From the IMG/VR virus record IMGVR_UViG_3300037067_002170, positions 1 through 64,000 of that record: a stretch of DNA of 64,000 bases. The stretch is one strand, 5' to 3'. Source of the DNA: an uncultured virus (IMG/VR IMGVR_UViG_3300037067_002170) (lineage: Duplodnaviria; Heunggongvirae; Uroviricota; Caudoviricetes). The position numbers and the translations under genes were made by a program. Below are positions 11,201-18,597 of this stretch, one piece after another; positions within the stretch are counted from its first letter, which is position 1, and each line of letters opens with the position of its first letter. The notes beneath the pieces were generated by a model. The model was not told the origin of the DNA. It saw nothing but the letters and a program-made list of their open reading frames with translations, and did not search any database.

Positions 11201-14002
11201 CTAGTTCTTGATTGGGCAAAGGGTTTGGTGAAATCTAACCCAGATAATCTCCCGATGTCCGGCAAAGAGGTAGGGCGCTGGGAGCACAATCTATCCAACC
11301 CCCTCTGGCTTGGTACCCGCTTTATCGAGTGGACCAAGGCATTGCGTATTGGTGAGAAGCGATCTGCTGATTTCCAGACAGATAAGTACTATATGTACAA
11401 ACGGACTGATAGTTTCCAGAGGTTGGTAGACAAGAGCGTGGCGAAGTTAGATCCACTATTTGTATACGGATCAGCTATATCTCATAGCTATCTGACCAGA
11501 GAGGAATTGTCTAATCCTGCTACCATTGAGAAGATCTATAAACAAACTGGTAGCAAGCTTACAAACTACAACCTTACCAATAAAGAGATAGATGGATACC
11601 TGGAAGTAGTTGCTGAGTCCAAGAGGATTTGGGCAGACAAACTGACCACTGCAAAGATGGCCCTAGTTAAGCCGTTCCTTCCTGCGCTGAGTACCGAACA
11701 GGGTGCGGAGTTGATGAGGCTGCACAAGCTGTTGATCTCTGGAAAAGAACCAGCCAACATCAATGAGCAACTCAATGATAAGCAATGGAGAGATTACTAC
11801 GAACAAGATGGTAAGAAGCGATACGCCAACAAGCTGAAGTCTGCTTATGGAAAGATCAAGGGCCGCTTCAACGAGGTACAGGCCAAATATGCAGACAAGC
11901 AATTCTTGGATGGCTACGCACCCTTGCGTCATGGATCTGGGCCGTTCTATGTAGCGGTTAAGCGTTCGTGGACTGATCCCCAGGGCAAGAGTCATAGCGA
12001 GTGGGTGTGGTCACACCATGCTCAGAGCGAGCAGCACGCAGCAGAGATGACTGGAGAACTTAACAAGCTACTCAAGCAGACGGATGCTACAGATGGCACA
12101 TTCACCATCCATAGTGGTAGATCCCAAAAGCCAGAGGACTCCGTGTTCTTCATGGTTGGTGATATGAATACAGTCAGAGTTATCGACCTTGCTCTTGCAA
12201 ATATTAAGGCCAACGAGGATGCGTCCATCACGATGGAGCAGGCCACCGAGTTAATGGACAACCTTACCGATGCTATCGTTGATATTCGTAGGGCTCGTGG
12301 TGCTGGTGCCAGCGACATTTCCCGCCATGTCCTCAAGTGGGACGAGATGAAGACTGTTGGTGGCTACCAGGATACTGGATTCAGGGATATTTGGAACAGC
12401 TATTTCAATGGATACTATGGAATGAAGACAAAGTTCGGGGCATCTATTGAGTATATGGAACTACTCAAAGATGTGAAGCGAAATACTCCTCAGCTGTTTA
12501 ATGACCTAGTCAAGTATGCACAGGATAACCTGCGTAATAAGGATCAATACGATCGGAGCATAGGCCTTGCCAAGAATGCAATCTTTTACTGGTATCTTGG
12601 AGGCAAACTCTCTACTGCCGTACTCCAGATGACCCAGAACTTTGCAGTTGCCATCCCACGCATGGCAATGGAAATGAGCGCCATGAAGACCAAGGATGGG
12701 ATGTTTGCAGCAGAGGGATACTTCTTCAAGGCAATGAAGGATATTGCTGTCATGAAAAAGAACTCACCCAACGTCTCTGCTCCTGAACGGGCCATGCTTG
12801 AATACTTCGAGAGACGTGGAGAGCTGATGGCTCGCTTCATGCAGACCATCAAGATTGAGGTTGCATCTGGTGGGAACAAGATGGGCATGAAGGCTCTTGA
12901 GGTTCTTGGATGGCCGATGACTTACTCGGAGATCTTTAACCGTAAGTCTACTGCTCTGGCGTACTACAGATTCCTGAAGAAACAGGGTGGGCGTACTGAG
13001 GAGCAGATCTATGATAAGGTTGAAGACTTCATCAACAAGACACACTGGTTGTATGGCCCAGCTAATGCTCCTGCTGTTGCCAGAGGAACCGAGGCAATCA
13101 ACCGTATAGCTCAACTAGCATATACATTTAGACCATTTTCTCACAACTACGTACTTGCTTTGATCTACAACATCAAGAACGAGCAAGGCAATGCTGGGTT
13201 AGTATATGCAGCCAGATCGTTCGCATGGTTAACCCTACTTGGTGGCCTCCCTGCCCTTCCCTGGCTCGCTGACTTCATCGAGTACGTGACTAAGATGACC
13301 GGCGTTCCTATTAGAATGGAAGCACGAAAAATGGTTAAGGAGGCGATGGGCGATCAGGCTGAGAAGTTCTGGAGTGCTGGCGCGCTTGGAATGCTCGGTG
13401 GCATGGATATGTCTGCCGCAATTAGACCGGTGGGGTTACCGTCCTTCCCTTGGAGCGATGACTTCGTTGAATCTACAATGGGCGTATCTGGAGGATTGAT
13501 TAAGAAGGCTGCGAATGCAGCGAAGGCAGGGGCTGTTGGTGACTGGGTAAAGATGACAGAATCTCTGGCACCTACAGCAATGGAGAACATGATTAAGGCG
13601 TATAGACTAAACACCAGGGGAGTTACTACCTCCCAGGAGAAGCAAGTGTTTGGTCCAGACTTTAAGCAGATCAAGCTCGAAGGACTAGATTACTTCAAGC
13701 AGGGTTTTGGCTTCAAGCCGTATGGGTATTCCCAGGACCAAATGGATCTGTGGGAATCTAAAGTAGTGCAGGAACATTGGAATAAGGGGAAACAGAAACT
13801 AGAAAAGGAACGCAGGCTTGCTATAAACGACAAAGACTACACCAAACTTAGTGAAGTTGCTCGCAAATATACAAACTTTAACTTGTCAATACCCAAAGAG
13901 CTCACTGGTATCGTGACTCCAATTAGATGGGGTGTGATGGATAAGCCCGACAAGAAGATGGGCAGAATGTGGGGTGCCTTCGGACCTGGAGCACCTGAAT
14001 AA
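5261..14002 (+). CDS. Giant polyvalent/internal virion protein (2913 aa) with zincin-like HExxH and PLxRFG-like domain
   Basis: AGGAG RBS; HEILH near 10607; YAPLRHGSGPFYVAV near 11914; Lys/Ala/Glu-rich linker; C-terminal helical hydrophobic region. Confidence 0.75.
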   Translation: MAFIPDGQPTSSDGFVPVGNETLGTQNDFGLSVGSAVPTQPIAAPSSPGFIMPKISDIPSGLYEGITRGIPEQIGKALQFSGVAPETGKQLADWAEAGKNTDPKSFVREGAEMIGPSVGVASGLYYGGKALSAVPHPAAKIIGVGMQALGGYAAPAVMGLSQAQQTRETAQRAGVPEGYAPVVNGIIETAGEFFGTKYLGKAFGLMPIPEGAKETFKSFLKVMLTKVVPVEILTEMGQAFGQSYVEKQQGIRPDANPLMEALDVIGPTLVMTTLMGAAGATHKAYRGDFAKKDDVLAPNANLGLDAQEDGAVQVPEATIVQQKAVDPYTMTPETQKTWQDIIAGEATNTPSAATKSVAVDQEVAPPGTIVRAGEHDFVIDSHAPEGATGRRMFNSMEGGLPADASDAAKALYNRAQSELEFLKRQGSEVNPDSVVEMLATDPKAPPVSSEEVASVIAALNNPAKAVTKYGEPETYGHDKLTMKTERMVPLAQKNLTIEELQASKPKTFIDIVNFVAAKKAEGMNVKSVVDMLKDEDAMASFLPKVAVKERPSLKFPNAKESSLKQLKPKTMDEIEEAIDAGAKYEDVTGKDGERHIDYFPKELGYHFKDKDYKSDAEREIDTKEKINILKEKLKSFYKRRQFKMDEERSKQFGLVSQQTPEEFTAKNWKLYQEKDDKGKIKFVGIARMAPKFQGTTAKWIGPKVEESLKVVAAASKERRAALLKDVLATLKTFVSMGKIVKETVAVRPGEINLVDDLQNYIDTHRDTLSAEEIASYEAQIGGKKEATEKELESLFGPAIDGETSTFDIEGSTPAGEGFDMSLAAPNVNDFGVRKSMAVGQVIQDIESYLAGKGKLSNERFQAIISSMIRFQGGREIIDNFLKGNKTATEVIQQAKVKKIVEAGKKQDAKDKVQMEKAAAKDEAKKGKPKEKAATAPKIEFTKEQWREYVEKVRELYGKMFGKDFSTKKVAQIKDAVVGKIPNGKKNVVTEEQFKAINTRIREDMAGVSPTVVAKEAPVVAEKKEVAPKKSKEERTAAMLAGKEKFAEMRMKAKALKITVPKGTKMPQLAEMIAKAESGATEKGKPKNKGKAKVAKTTPEERKAVAEAQVTVKGKPIKGEVSEEETQNNFDAVFGVSGEAKPALAKKEPTPSSPAKPIVDLGASSKAEAKKPMVKEVAKTIEAKEYKSLPEGKALRSVELKSPEAAQKMVDNFVTMQDGVNKLNYEIANIGGKYYVISDAKPMKVVKVEPVVPISKEREAKNREAQIAKQKSAIRTTLREAIATLDKARDIGDPPTKAELDEMTEVVYAKFKQKGESPTLTNLIAYAAQKIQTKYGLSTSKQANAAMETMVKQSISQEIADVFAAESGRGGATSTSVKQLSREEEIAKLAEEQALDASDESLRVTEIPDIDNLTGREIYEFMRKDIESRIPLVKDPVTRDQMKNMLKIDLSRTGTRWKDAKSHIITMMDRFGKTARQTMATEYKLKVMDYVNQMSMVAVRLRQNPAIAKLIAGMVKDKKSKNYIDDFVWTISSPFYYSSKDIDAWFKKVKDPTRKRTDNSIISKENLVWIGKHWALRKDIHKGNKNPVYYYLAELTPELRNELGITDEAVDAALKSDKAVSRPKMGDKVISITTEAGNFELIIKPGKVFVAFDKETLAKDNIKTTLINAGMETAYRGDTLGESRLISANDILNRRIPFSITVESLQKELPTATHITEKSPGVFHVGWKGFSIEIRNGEVQYYARDNGEPVKINGRWKIKEGGRPIIEISKLAKDLKDFNVTIRHEILHMVFDIYLTKSEQNRLYDMYRTNPGQSLKDIQELIAEDYGTWMPGLKTAEEKATLFTKLMNGARDLLWKMQGVFTGRQNFSTKDELFAAIRSGRIFNRPLQLNISLTRVPKGQKIAAFGGGELPTTIKGILSDPSRDSKREWAGPVKRIPLMKTLESSGIIDYSELETNESLRRATGLAATNQDSITTDRAWYDLVLDWAKGLVKSNPDNLPMSGKEVGRWEHNLSNPLWLGTRFIEWTKALRIGEKRSADFQTDKYYMYKRTDSFQRLVDKSVAKLDPLFVYGSAISHSYLTREELSNPATIEKIYKQTGSKLTNYNLTNKEIDGYLEVVAESKRIWADKLTTAKMALVKPFLPALSTEQGAELMRLHKLLISGKEPANINEQLNDKQWRDYYEQDGKKRYANKLKSAYGKIKGRFNEVQAKYADKQFLDGYAPLRHGSGPFYVAVKRSWTDPQGKSHSEWVWSHHAQSEQHAAEMTGELNKLLKQTDATDGTFTIHSGRSQKPEDSVFFMVGDMNTVRVIDLALANIKANEDASITMEQATELMDNLTDAIVDIRRARGAGASDISRHVLKWDEMKTVGGYQDTGFRDIWNSYFNGYYGMKTKFGASIEYMELLKDVKRNTPQLFNDLVKYAQDNLRNKDQYDRSIGLAKNAIFYWYLGGKLSTAVLQMTQNFAVAIPRMAMEMSAMKTKDGMFAAEGYFFKAMKDIAVMKKNSPNVSAPERAMLEYFERRGELMARFMQTIKIEVASGGNKMGMKALEVLGWPMTYSEIFNRKSTALAYYRFLKKQGGRTEEQIYDKVEDFINKTHWLYGPANAPAVARGTEAINRIAQLAYTFRPFSHNYVLALIYNIKNEQGNAGLVYAARSFAWLTLLGGLPALPWLADFIEYVTKMTGVPIRMEARKMVKEAMGDQAEKFWSAGALGMLGGMDMSAAIRPVGLPSFPWSDDFVESTMGVSGGLIKKAANAAKAGAVGDWVKMTESLAPTAMENMIKAYRLNTRGVTTSQEKQVFGPDFKQIKLEGLDYFKQGFGFKPYGYSQDQMDLWESKVVQEHWNKGKQKLEKERRLAINDKDYTKLSEVARKYTNFNLSIPKELTGIVTPIRWGVMDKPDKKMGRMWGAFGPGAPE

Positions 14003-14012
14003 AAACTAGGAA

Positions 14013-14032
14013 GGGGCGGGTAATTCCGCCCC
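14013..14032. terminator. Intrinsic terminator hairpin between convergent late (+) and early/middle (-) transcription
   Basis: GGGGCGG-gtaatt-CCGCCCC hairpin with A-rich left and T-rich right flanks at the strand-switch point. Confidence 0.7.
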
Positions 14033-14128
14033 AACCTATTTACTTCCTCATCCTACCACACACATAGCCAATCCATAGAATCAAAAGCAAAACCGTTGCT
14101 ATTTCCAACACAGCGCCTATCATAGCGA

Positions 14129-14407
14129 TCACGCTGTTCCGGCGGTATCACCGTGTTTGAAGATCTGGCTCATAACCAAATCGTCTATGTCGGTGATTGC
14201 CTGATCTAGATCATCTTTCGATACCACTTGGTAAGCTAACGCATTCAACGCAGCCATCATAACTGTCGAGTCCATATCTGGGTACATATCAAGCAGGTGC
14301 ACTATGTGCTTCATCACCTGAGTGCTGTACTCATCGTCCTCAACCATCCACTCGTATTCTCGTTTGGCTTCAATGACGCTAGCGTCTCCACCGGTAACTC
14401 CACTCAA
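14129..14407 (-). CDS. Hypothetical protein
   Basis: 92-aa ORF, GGAGG RBS, overlaps the upstream stop. Confidence 0.6.
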   Translation of the reverse strand: MSGVTGGDASVIEAKREYEWMVEDDEYSTQVMKHIVHLLDMYPDMDSTVMMAALNALAYQVVSKDDLDQAITDIDDLVMSQIFKHGDTAGTA

Positions 14408-14655
14408 GCAACCTCCTGTTCGATATCGCTAAGAACCTTGCCTTCTGCCTGAAGGATGATGTCAATGAACTCAAAGAGCCTGAAGATGTTATACTTCTTA
14501 CCATGATACACTACATCCTGAGGATGCGAGGCCTGACCACCATCTATGAAGTGGAGACGCATCTGGTTACCCCCCATTTTTTCTATCCTCTTGACCGTAT
14601 CAAGGTTATACCAATGATCCTGATTGCTAATCTTAATCCAATTGTCTAATGCCAT
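14404..14655 (-). CDS. Hypothetical protein
   Basis: 83-aa ORF with AAGGAG RBS, tightly packed. Confidence 0.6.
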   Translation of the reverse strand: MALDNWIKISNQDHWYNLDTVKRIEKMGGNQMRLHFIDGGQASHPQDVVYHGKKYNIFRLFEFIDIILQAEGKVLSDIEQEVA

Positions 14656-15175
14656 TTACTCTCCTTCCCGCATCCATCTCTTATGCGCTTTAAATATCTG
14701 TTTAGCATCCACTGGATAGAAATCCCACTGATCCACCCCCACATTCACCATGTCTGGCTTGAATTTCCATACATCGTGGGAGTGGCCTACGAAAGCAAAG
14801 TCTATCCCTGTAAGCCGCATTACTTCTTTAGCGTCCTCCTCTCTGTGTGCTAGAACGATCGTTCTACCGAATGTTTCAATCACGCAGTATCTCAGGGGAA
14901 CATTCAACCCGTTGTTCTTGTCGTGGTTGCCCCTGATGAATACATGATGACCGTTGAGTTGAGCTGCCAGCTCGTGAACATTGGGTCCTTGGGACGATAC
15001 CTTGAAGTCTCCGAGATGGTATACCGTATGCCCAGGTTTGACCCGCTCGTTATGCCGCTTGATTAGAACGGCGTTCATCTCCTCAACGCACCTGAACGGT
15101 CTAAAAATGAACTTGGTTAAGATGTTCTCGTGGTTAAAATCCTCAATGCTCGTCAGAAGTAAACCAATAAATCAT
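14656..15175 (-). CDS. Calcineurin-like metallophosphoesterase, interrupted after codon 10 by a 7-nt insertion (TGAGGAT, 15145-15139); recoded gene or pseudogene
   Basis: ATG 15175 with GAGGTG RBS gives MIYWFTSDEH*. Removing 7 nt restores SDEHFNHENIL...RPF...EMN..LI, then HLGDF, RGNHD and VGHSH (170 aa). Confidence 0.8.
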
Positions 15176-15762
15176 TGTTCACCTCTAACGAGCACTCCGT
15201 CCCTTTCCGTTAAAATATTCATATAATATTCTCCTTTCTCAAATCTTATTATCTTAAGCTTCAACAACTCTTTCATCATTTTGAATATTTTTCTGACACA
15301 CCTCCCGTGTTCTGAGTGCCCGGAATATAGATGCAAATTGTTTATATTGTTATTATCTTTTACGAAATCTATATGGTGTACTATTTCTCCCTTTAAAACA
15401 GGACGCTGTATGTGGTCTGACATAATCATAATATGCTCACATACATCATTATTGTGATTTCTATTGGGATGCTTTCTGTCCCTTATCAACACATATCCTT
15501 GTTTTGTCATATACTTTGATCCGTGTTTTTTGCAACCAACACACCTTTTGGACCGAAAATCTATACTGTCTCCACAGATCTCACATTTGTTTGGAATAAA
15601 ATATTTTCCAGTTTTATAGTTGCTGTTTTTGCTCCCACTGTTTAGTGCTGATTGCAGCTTTTTATAACATTCGCTAGAGCACGTTTGTCTTGTAAGTGAA
15701 GGATAATACCATCCAATATCTTTGTTGCATACCACACAAACACATAGAATTTTTGATGCCAT
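15172..15762 (-). CDS. Free-standing HNH homing endonuclease with N-terminal zinc fingers
   Basis: GYVLI...EH..IM...EIVHHIDFVKDNNNINNL HNH signature; several CxxC; visibly more AT-rich than its neighbours. Confidence 0.85.
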   Translation of the reverse strand: MASKILCVCVVCNKDIGWYYPSLTRQTCSSECYKKLQSALNSGSKNSNYKTGKYFIPNKCEICGDSIDFRSKRCVGCKKHGSKYMTKQGYVLIRDRKHPNRNHNNDVCEHIMIMSDHIQRPVLKGEIVHHIDFVKDNNNINNLHLYSGHSEHGRCVRKIFKMMKELLKLKIIRFEKGEYYMNILTERDGVLVRGEQ

Positions 15763-15767
15763 TTGAG

Positions 15768-15800
15768 TACACCCCTATATTTTATTTTTATAAGGGTGCA
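15768..15800 (-). promoter_or_regulatory. Hairpin sequestering the HNH ribosome-binding site
   Basis: Minus strand TGCACCCTTATA-aaaataaaa-TATAGGGGTGTA forms 12 bp (2 GU) covering AGGGGTG just before ATG 15762. Confidence 0.65.
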
Positions 15801-15853
15801 CTATTTATGGTAACATGTCAAGTGGTTAAAGTGTTTATCAGTATGTTACCGAT

Positions 15854-16072
15854 TTACAGTACCTCCATAACTGCCGATACAAAGTCTTCATCCTGGATCA
15901 ATGGAGCCTCCATCACTGAGCAATAGTCATCTTGCACCTTGACCAGCTCCCTCTCGTCTGTTTCGTCGTAGTCAACCACAACCACCATAACCTCTGGATC
16001 TGGATTGTTTGTGTAGATTGCCCTTACCATTCCATCCTCGATTACCACCACAATTTTGATCTCCTCTGGCAT
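15854..16072 (-). CDS. Small acidic hypothetical protein
   Basis: GGAGGTG RBS; 72 aa. Confidence 0.65.
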   Translation of the reverse strand: MPEEIKIVVVIEDGMVRAIYTNNPDPEVMVVVVDYDETDERELVKVQDDYCSVMEAPLIQDEDFVSAVMEVL

Positions 16073-16165
16073 TGCATCACCTCCCCATTATCCAATAGAC
16101 TATCCTTCGTTTAATATATGTCCACTCAACCCATAGGTATAAACAGAATCTATTCCATCGCTTTC

Positions 16166-17017
16166 TCATATGGCCGATACCCTCCTCTTGAACATGTCCG
16201 CAGCTCGCTTGGATATTTGCTTCCGAGCCTCCTTGTGGAACTCGATCTCTCCTTCAGCCTCGATTTCTATATCAGCTAGCAACGCTTTAATCACATCACC
16301 AGTTGACTCGATATTCACATCATTGGGAAACTTCTGAAGCACGTGGGTCAATCTCATCTCTGTAGCCCACTCATCGGCTATTGCATTAGCACAAGTAAGT
16401 ATATCGAGTCCCTCTTGTGTGAGGTTACGAGTAGTTCGTGTCTCCATGAACGCATCTGCCTTATGTTTAGCGATTATCCTGGCCCCATTATTTTTGCGCA
16501 TCTCAACTAGTGGCCTAAGCACAATACCCTCGCGAGGACGCTCTTCGATAATACCATTGCGAACTGCCTGAGCTGACGGAAGATCTCTCCATTGGTTGAG
16601 CACATCAATATCGGTGTCGATGATCTGGTAATCAACAAACTCTAACCCAAGCTGTTCAGTTATGGCATGAGCGACCGGAACATTAACGAACATATGCTCG
16701 CCAAACTTAACATCAAACACGATGAACTTCAGCTTGTCACCGTAGGTCTTGCGCATCCCTTGCTGCTTGCCACCATATGCCTCGCCGTAGATGGTAACAT
16801 CGTCATACCCACCAAGCATGAACTTGTATATCAGCAGCTCCTTATCGAACAACTCAACGAACCTCTCGTAGCTCTCTCCACCAGAGAAGAAGTGGACATC
16901 ACCGTTGTTCCAAGACAGGTGCGCTGATGTACCGTGAATCTTCTCCATTGCATAGCACTGCTTGAACAACATGATGTCTCGATCCTTGTACAGATTTGGA
17001 ATCTTCATGTAACCCAT
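16166..17017 (-). CDS. ATP-dependent RNA ligase (Rnl2-like nucleotidyltransferase)
   Basis: Motif I EKIHGTS; IYGE; FIVFDV; EGIVLRP; AKHK. Confidence 0.8.
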   Translation of the reverse strand: MGYMKIPNLYKDRDIMLFKQCYAMEKIHGTSAHLSWNNGDVHFFSGGESYERFVELFDKELLIYKFMLGGYDDVTIYGEAYGGKQQGMRKTYGDKLKFIVFDVKFGEHMFVNVPVAHAITEQLGLEFVDYQIIDTDIDVLNQWRDLPSAQAVRNGIIEERPREGIVLRPLVEMRKNNGARIIAKHKADAFMETRTTRNLTQEGLDILTCANAIADEWATEMRLTHVLQKFPNDVNIESTGDVIKALLADIEIEAEGEIEFHKEARKQISKRAADMFKRRVSAI

Positions 17018-17021
17018 TAAC

Positions 17022-17399
17022 TTACCTCCCTAACCCACCATTCTGTTTAGCTTCTCTGGCATACTCCCATGCCTCTATCTGCCTCTCTGCCTTAAGGTCG
17101 TTTGCATATTCTTGAGATGCGTCCATAATTTTCTCGTATAGTGAATCATCTCCATATAGCATGGAACACAGTTTGCGATACCCCTTTGATTTATTATCTA
17201 CCAACTTGGTACCGGTAAATGTATCAATATAGATATCGCCAATTTCAAAGCCCTCTACATAATTATCCCTCTTGTCATAGCTCCACTGGCTGCCTCGCTG
17301 ATACCACCCTATCCCATCATTGCCATACTCAATATTCTCAACCTCAACGGTAAGGTTAAGTTCTAGTCCGTATAGATATACACTATGAGTTATTATCAT
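17022..17399 (-). CDS. Hypothetical protein
   Basis: GGAGG RBS before ATG 17399. Confidence 0.6.
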   Translation of the reverse strand: MIITHSVYLYGLELNLTVEVENIEYGNDGIGWYQRGSQWSYDKRDNYVEGFEIGDIYIDTFTGTKLVDNKSKGYRKLCSMLYGDDSLYEKIMDASQEYANDLKAERQIEAWEYAREAKQNGGLGR

Positions 17400-17448
17400 A
17401 GCATCCTCCGTAAATATGCGTGTTCGGTATGCGCATCCCACCAATAAC

Positions 17449-18597
17449 CTAGTTAGCTCTACTTATCGCTAGTGCATCATGCCCACAGTCCATGCAGTAG
17501 CCCTGCTTATTGACATCCCCATAGCATAGCTCACACCACTCACCACCTGAGTCATAGGCTAGTTCGCTACGCTCCCGTTCCGTCCATGTACCCTCAGATA
17601 GTCCGTGTATCCCGACGTGTTTCTTCTCCCCCTTGTCGTTGGTTCCGTACCAGTCATCCTTCCAGGGGTCTTTGTACCACGATCCGTATCCACCCCACTT
17701 AGAATCCTTGGCCTTATCGGCTGGTATCTTGTACTTCTTGGCGATTGGATGTTTAACCATCAAGATACATCTTGCTATTGACATCTCTAGTTCATCGAGG
17801 TGTAGCCGTTCATGAACTGTATGCTGGTTATGGTAGCCAACACTAACGTTCACATGTGGTGTATACATCTCCTCGCTAATGAACATGCAATCGCTAAAAC
17901 TGCCTACCTTCTCCGACCATCCGAACAACTTGGCGTGATCCTTCACGGCCTGATGGCTCCAGGTGTACTGTACAAACTCATTAGCTCCTTGTCTGTCCAT
18001 GGCTATTAGCATCCGATAGCGGAGGACTTCTTCCTTCAGCTTAGTATCTCCATCTAAATCCTCGATGAAGTCTAGCATTCCCCAGCCACCCTGTTCTTCT
18101 CCGTTGGTGAACAGTAGCCCCGGAGTTTTGCCTCCCTCATTCTTGACCGCATGATACACCCGTATCATGGCAAACACACCAGCCCGGTCGTCTGCTCCAA
18201 GTATACCGAACTTGTTGGTTACTACGTTCCCTTTACGCTCTATGAACACTCCCTGCTTGGCTGGGATCATGGTATCCACGTGAGACTGCAATAACGTGGT
18301 GTGGCCAGGAACGTATAGGTATGATGTCTCCCCTAGTTTGTCAAGACCAACGATTGTCCTTTCGCTCTCGAATATCGTTCTGAGAACGTCAAAGCACTGG
18401 GTGTCATTAGCCTTGAGCAACAACTCCAGCAGTTTGTATTCGCTTTTCCCCATAGCCATCTCTGTGTACGCAACTACAGGAGCTTCTTTCTTATCCTGCC
18501 GTTCTTTCCTATCCTCGCTAACAAGCTTTGCTCGTCTACCCACAGGCTGCAACTTTCTCCCCGTGATCTTGTCCGTTAATGCTGGCGTTCTCCTCAT
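17449..18597 (-). CDS. M28/M20-like zinc metallopeptidase
   Basis: SHVDT, LGADDRAGV, GEEQGG, AMDRQG and HTVHE motifs; C-terminal CxxC pair. Start codon uncertain. Confidence 0.8.
   Translation of the reverse strand: MRRTPALTDKITGRKLQPVGRRAKLVSEDRKERQDKKEAPVVAYTEMAMGKSEYKLLELLLKANDTQCFDVLRTIFESERTIVGLDKLGETSYLYVPGHTTLLQSHVDTMIPAKQGVFIERKGNVVTNKFGILGADDRAGVFAMIRVYHAVKNEGGKTPGLLFTNGEEQGGWGMLDFIEDLDGDTKLKEEVLRYRMLIAMDRQGANEFVQYTWSHQAVKDHAKLFGWSEKVGSFSDCMFISEEMYTPHVNVSVGYHNQHTVHERLHLDELEMSIARCILMVKHPIAKKYKIPADKAKDSKWGGYGSWYKDPWKDDWYGTNDKGEKKHVGIHGLSEGTWTERERSELAYDSGGEWCELCYGDVNKQGYCMDCGHDALAISRAN

Noticed and set aside
14656..15078. 140-aa phosphoesterase starting at ATG 15078
   Set aside because: Lacks the essential DxH motif, which is found upstream in another frame; the GAGGAG abuts the ATG with no spacing.
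14656..15762. HNH-phosphoesterase fusion by TGA readthrough (same frame, single stop)
   Set aside because: The fusion would read FIGLLLTSIEDFNH and lose the SDEH metal ligands; the separate ATG has its own RBS.
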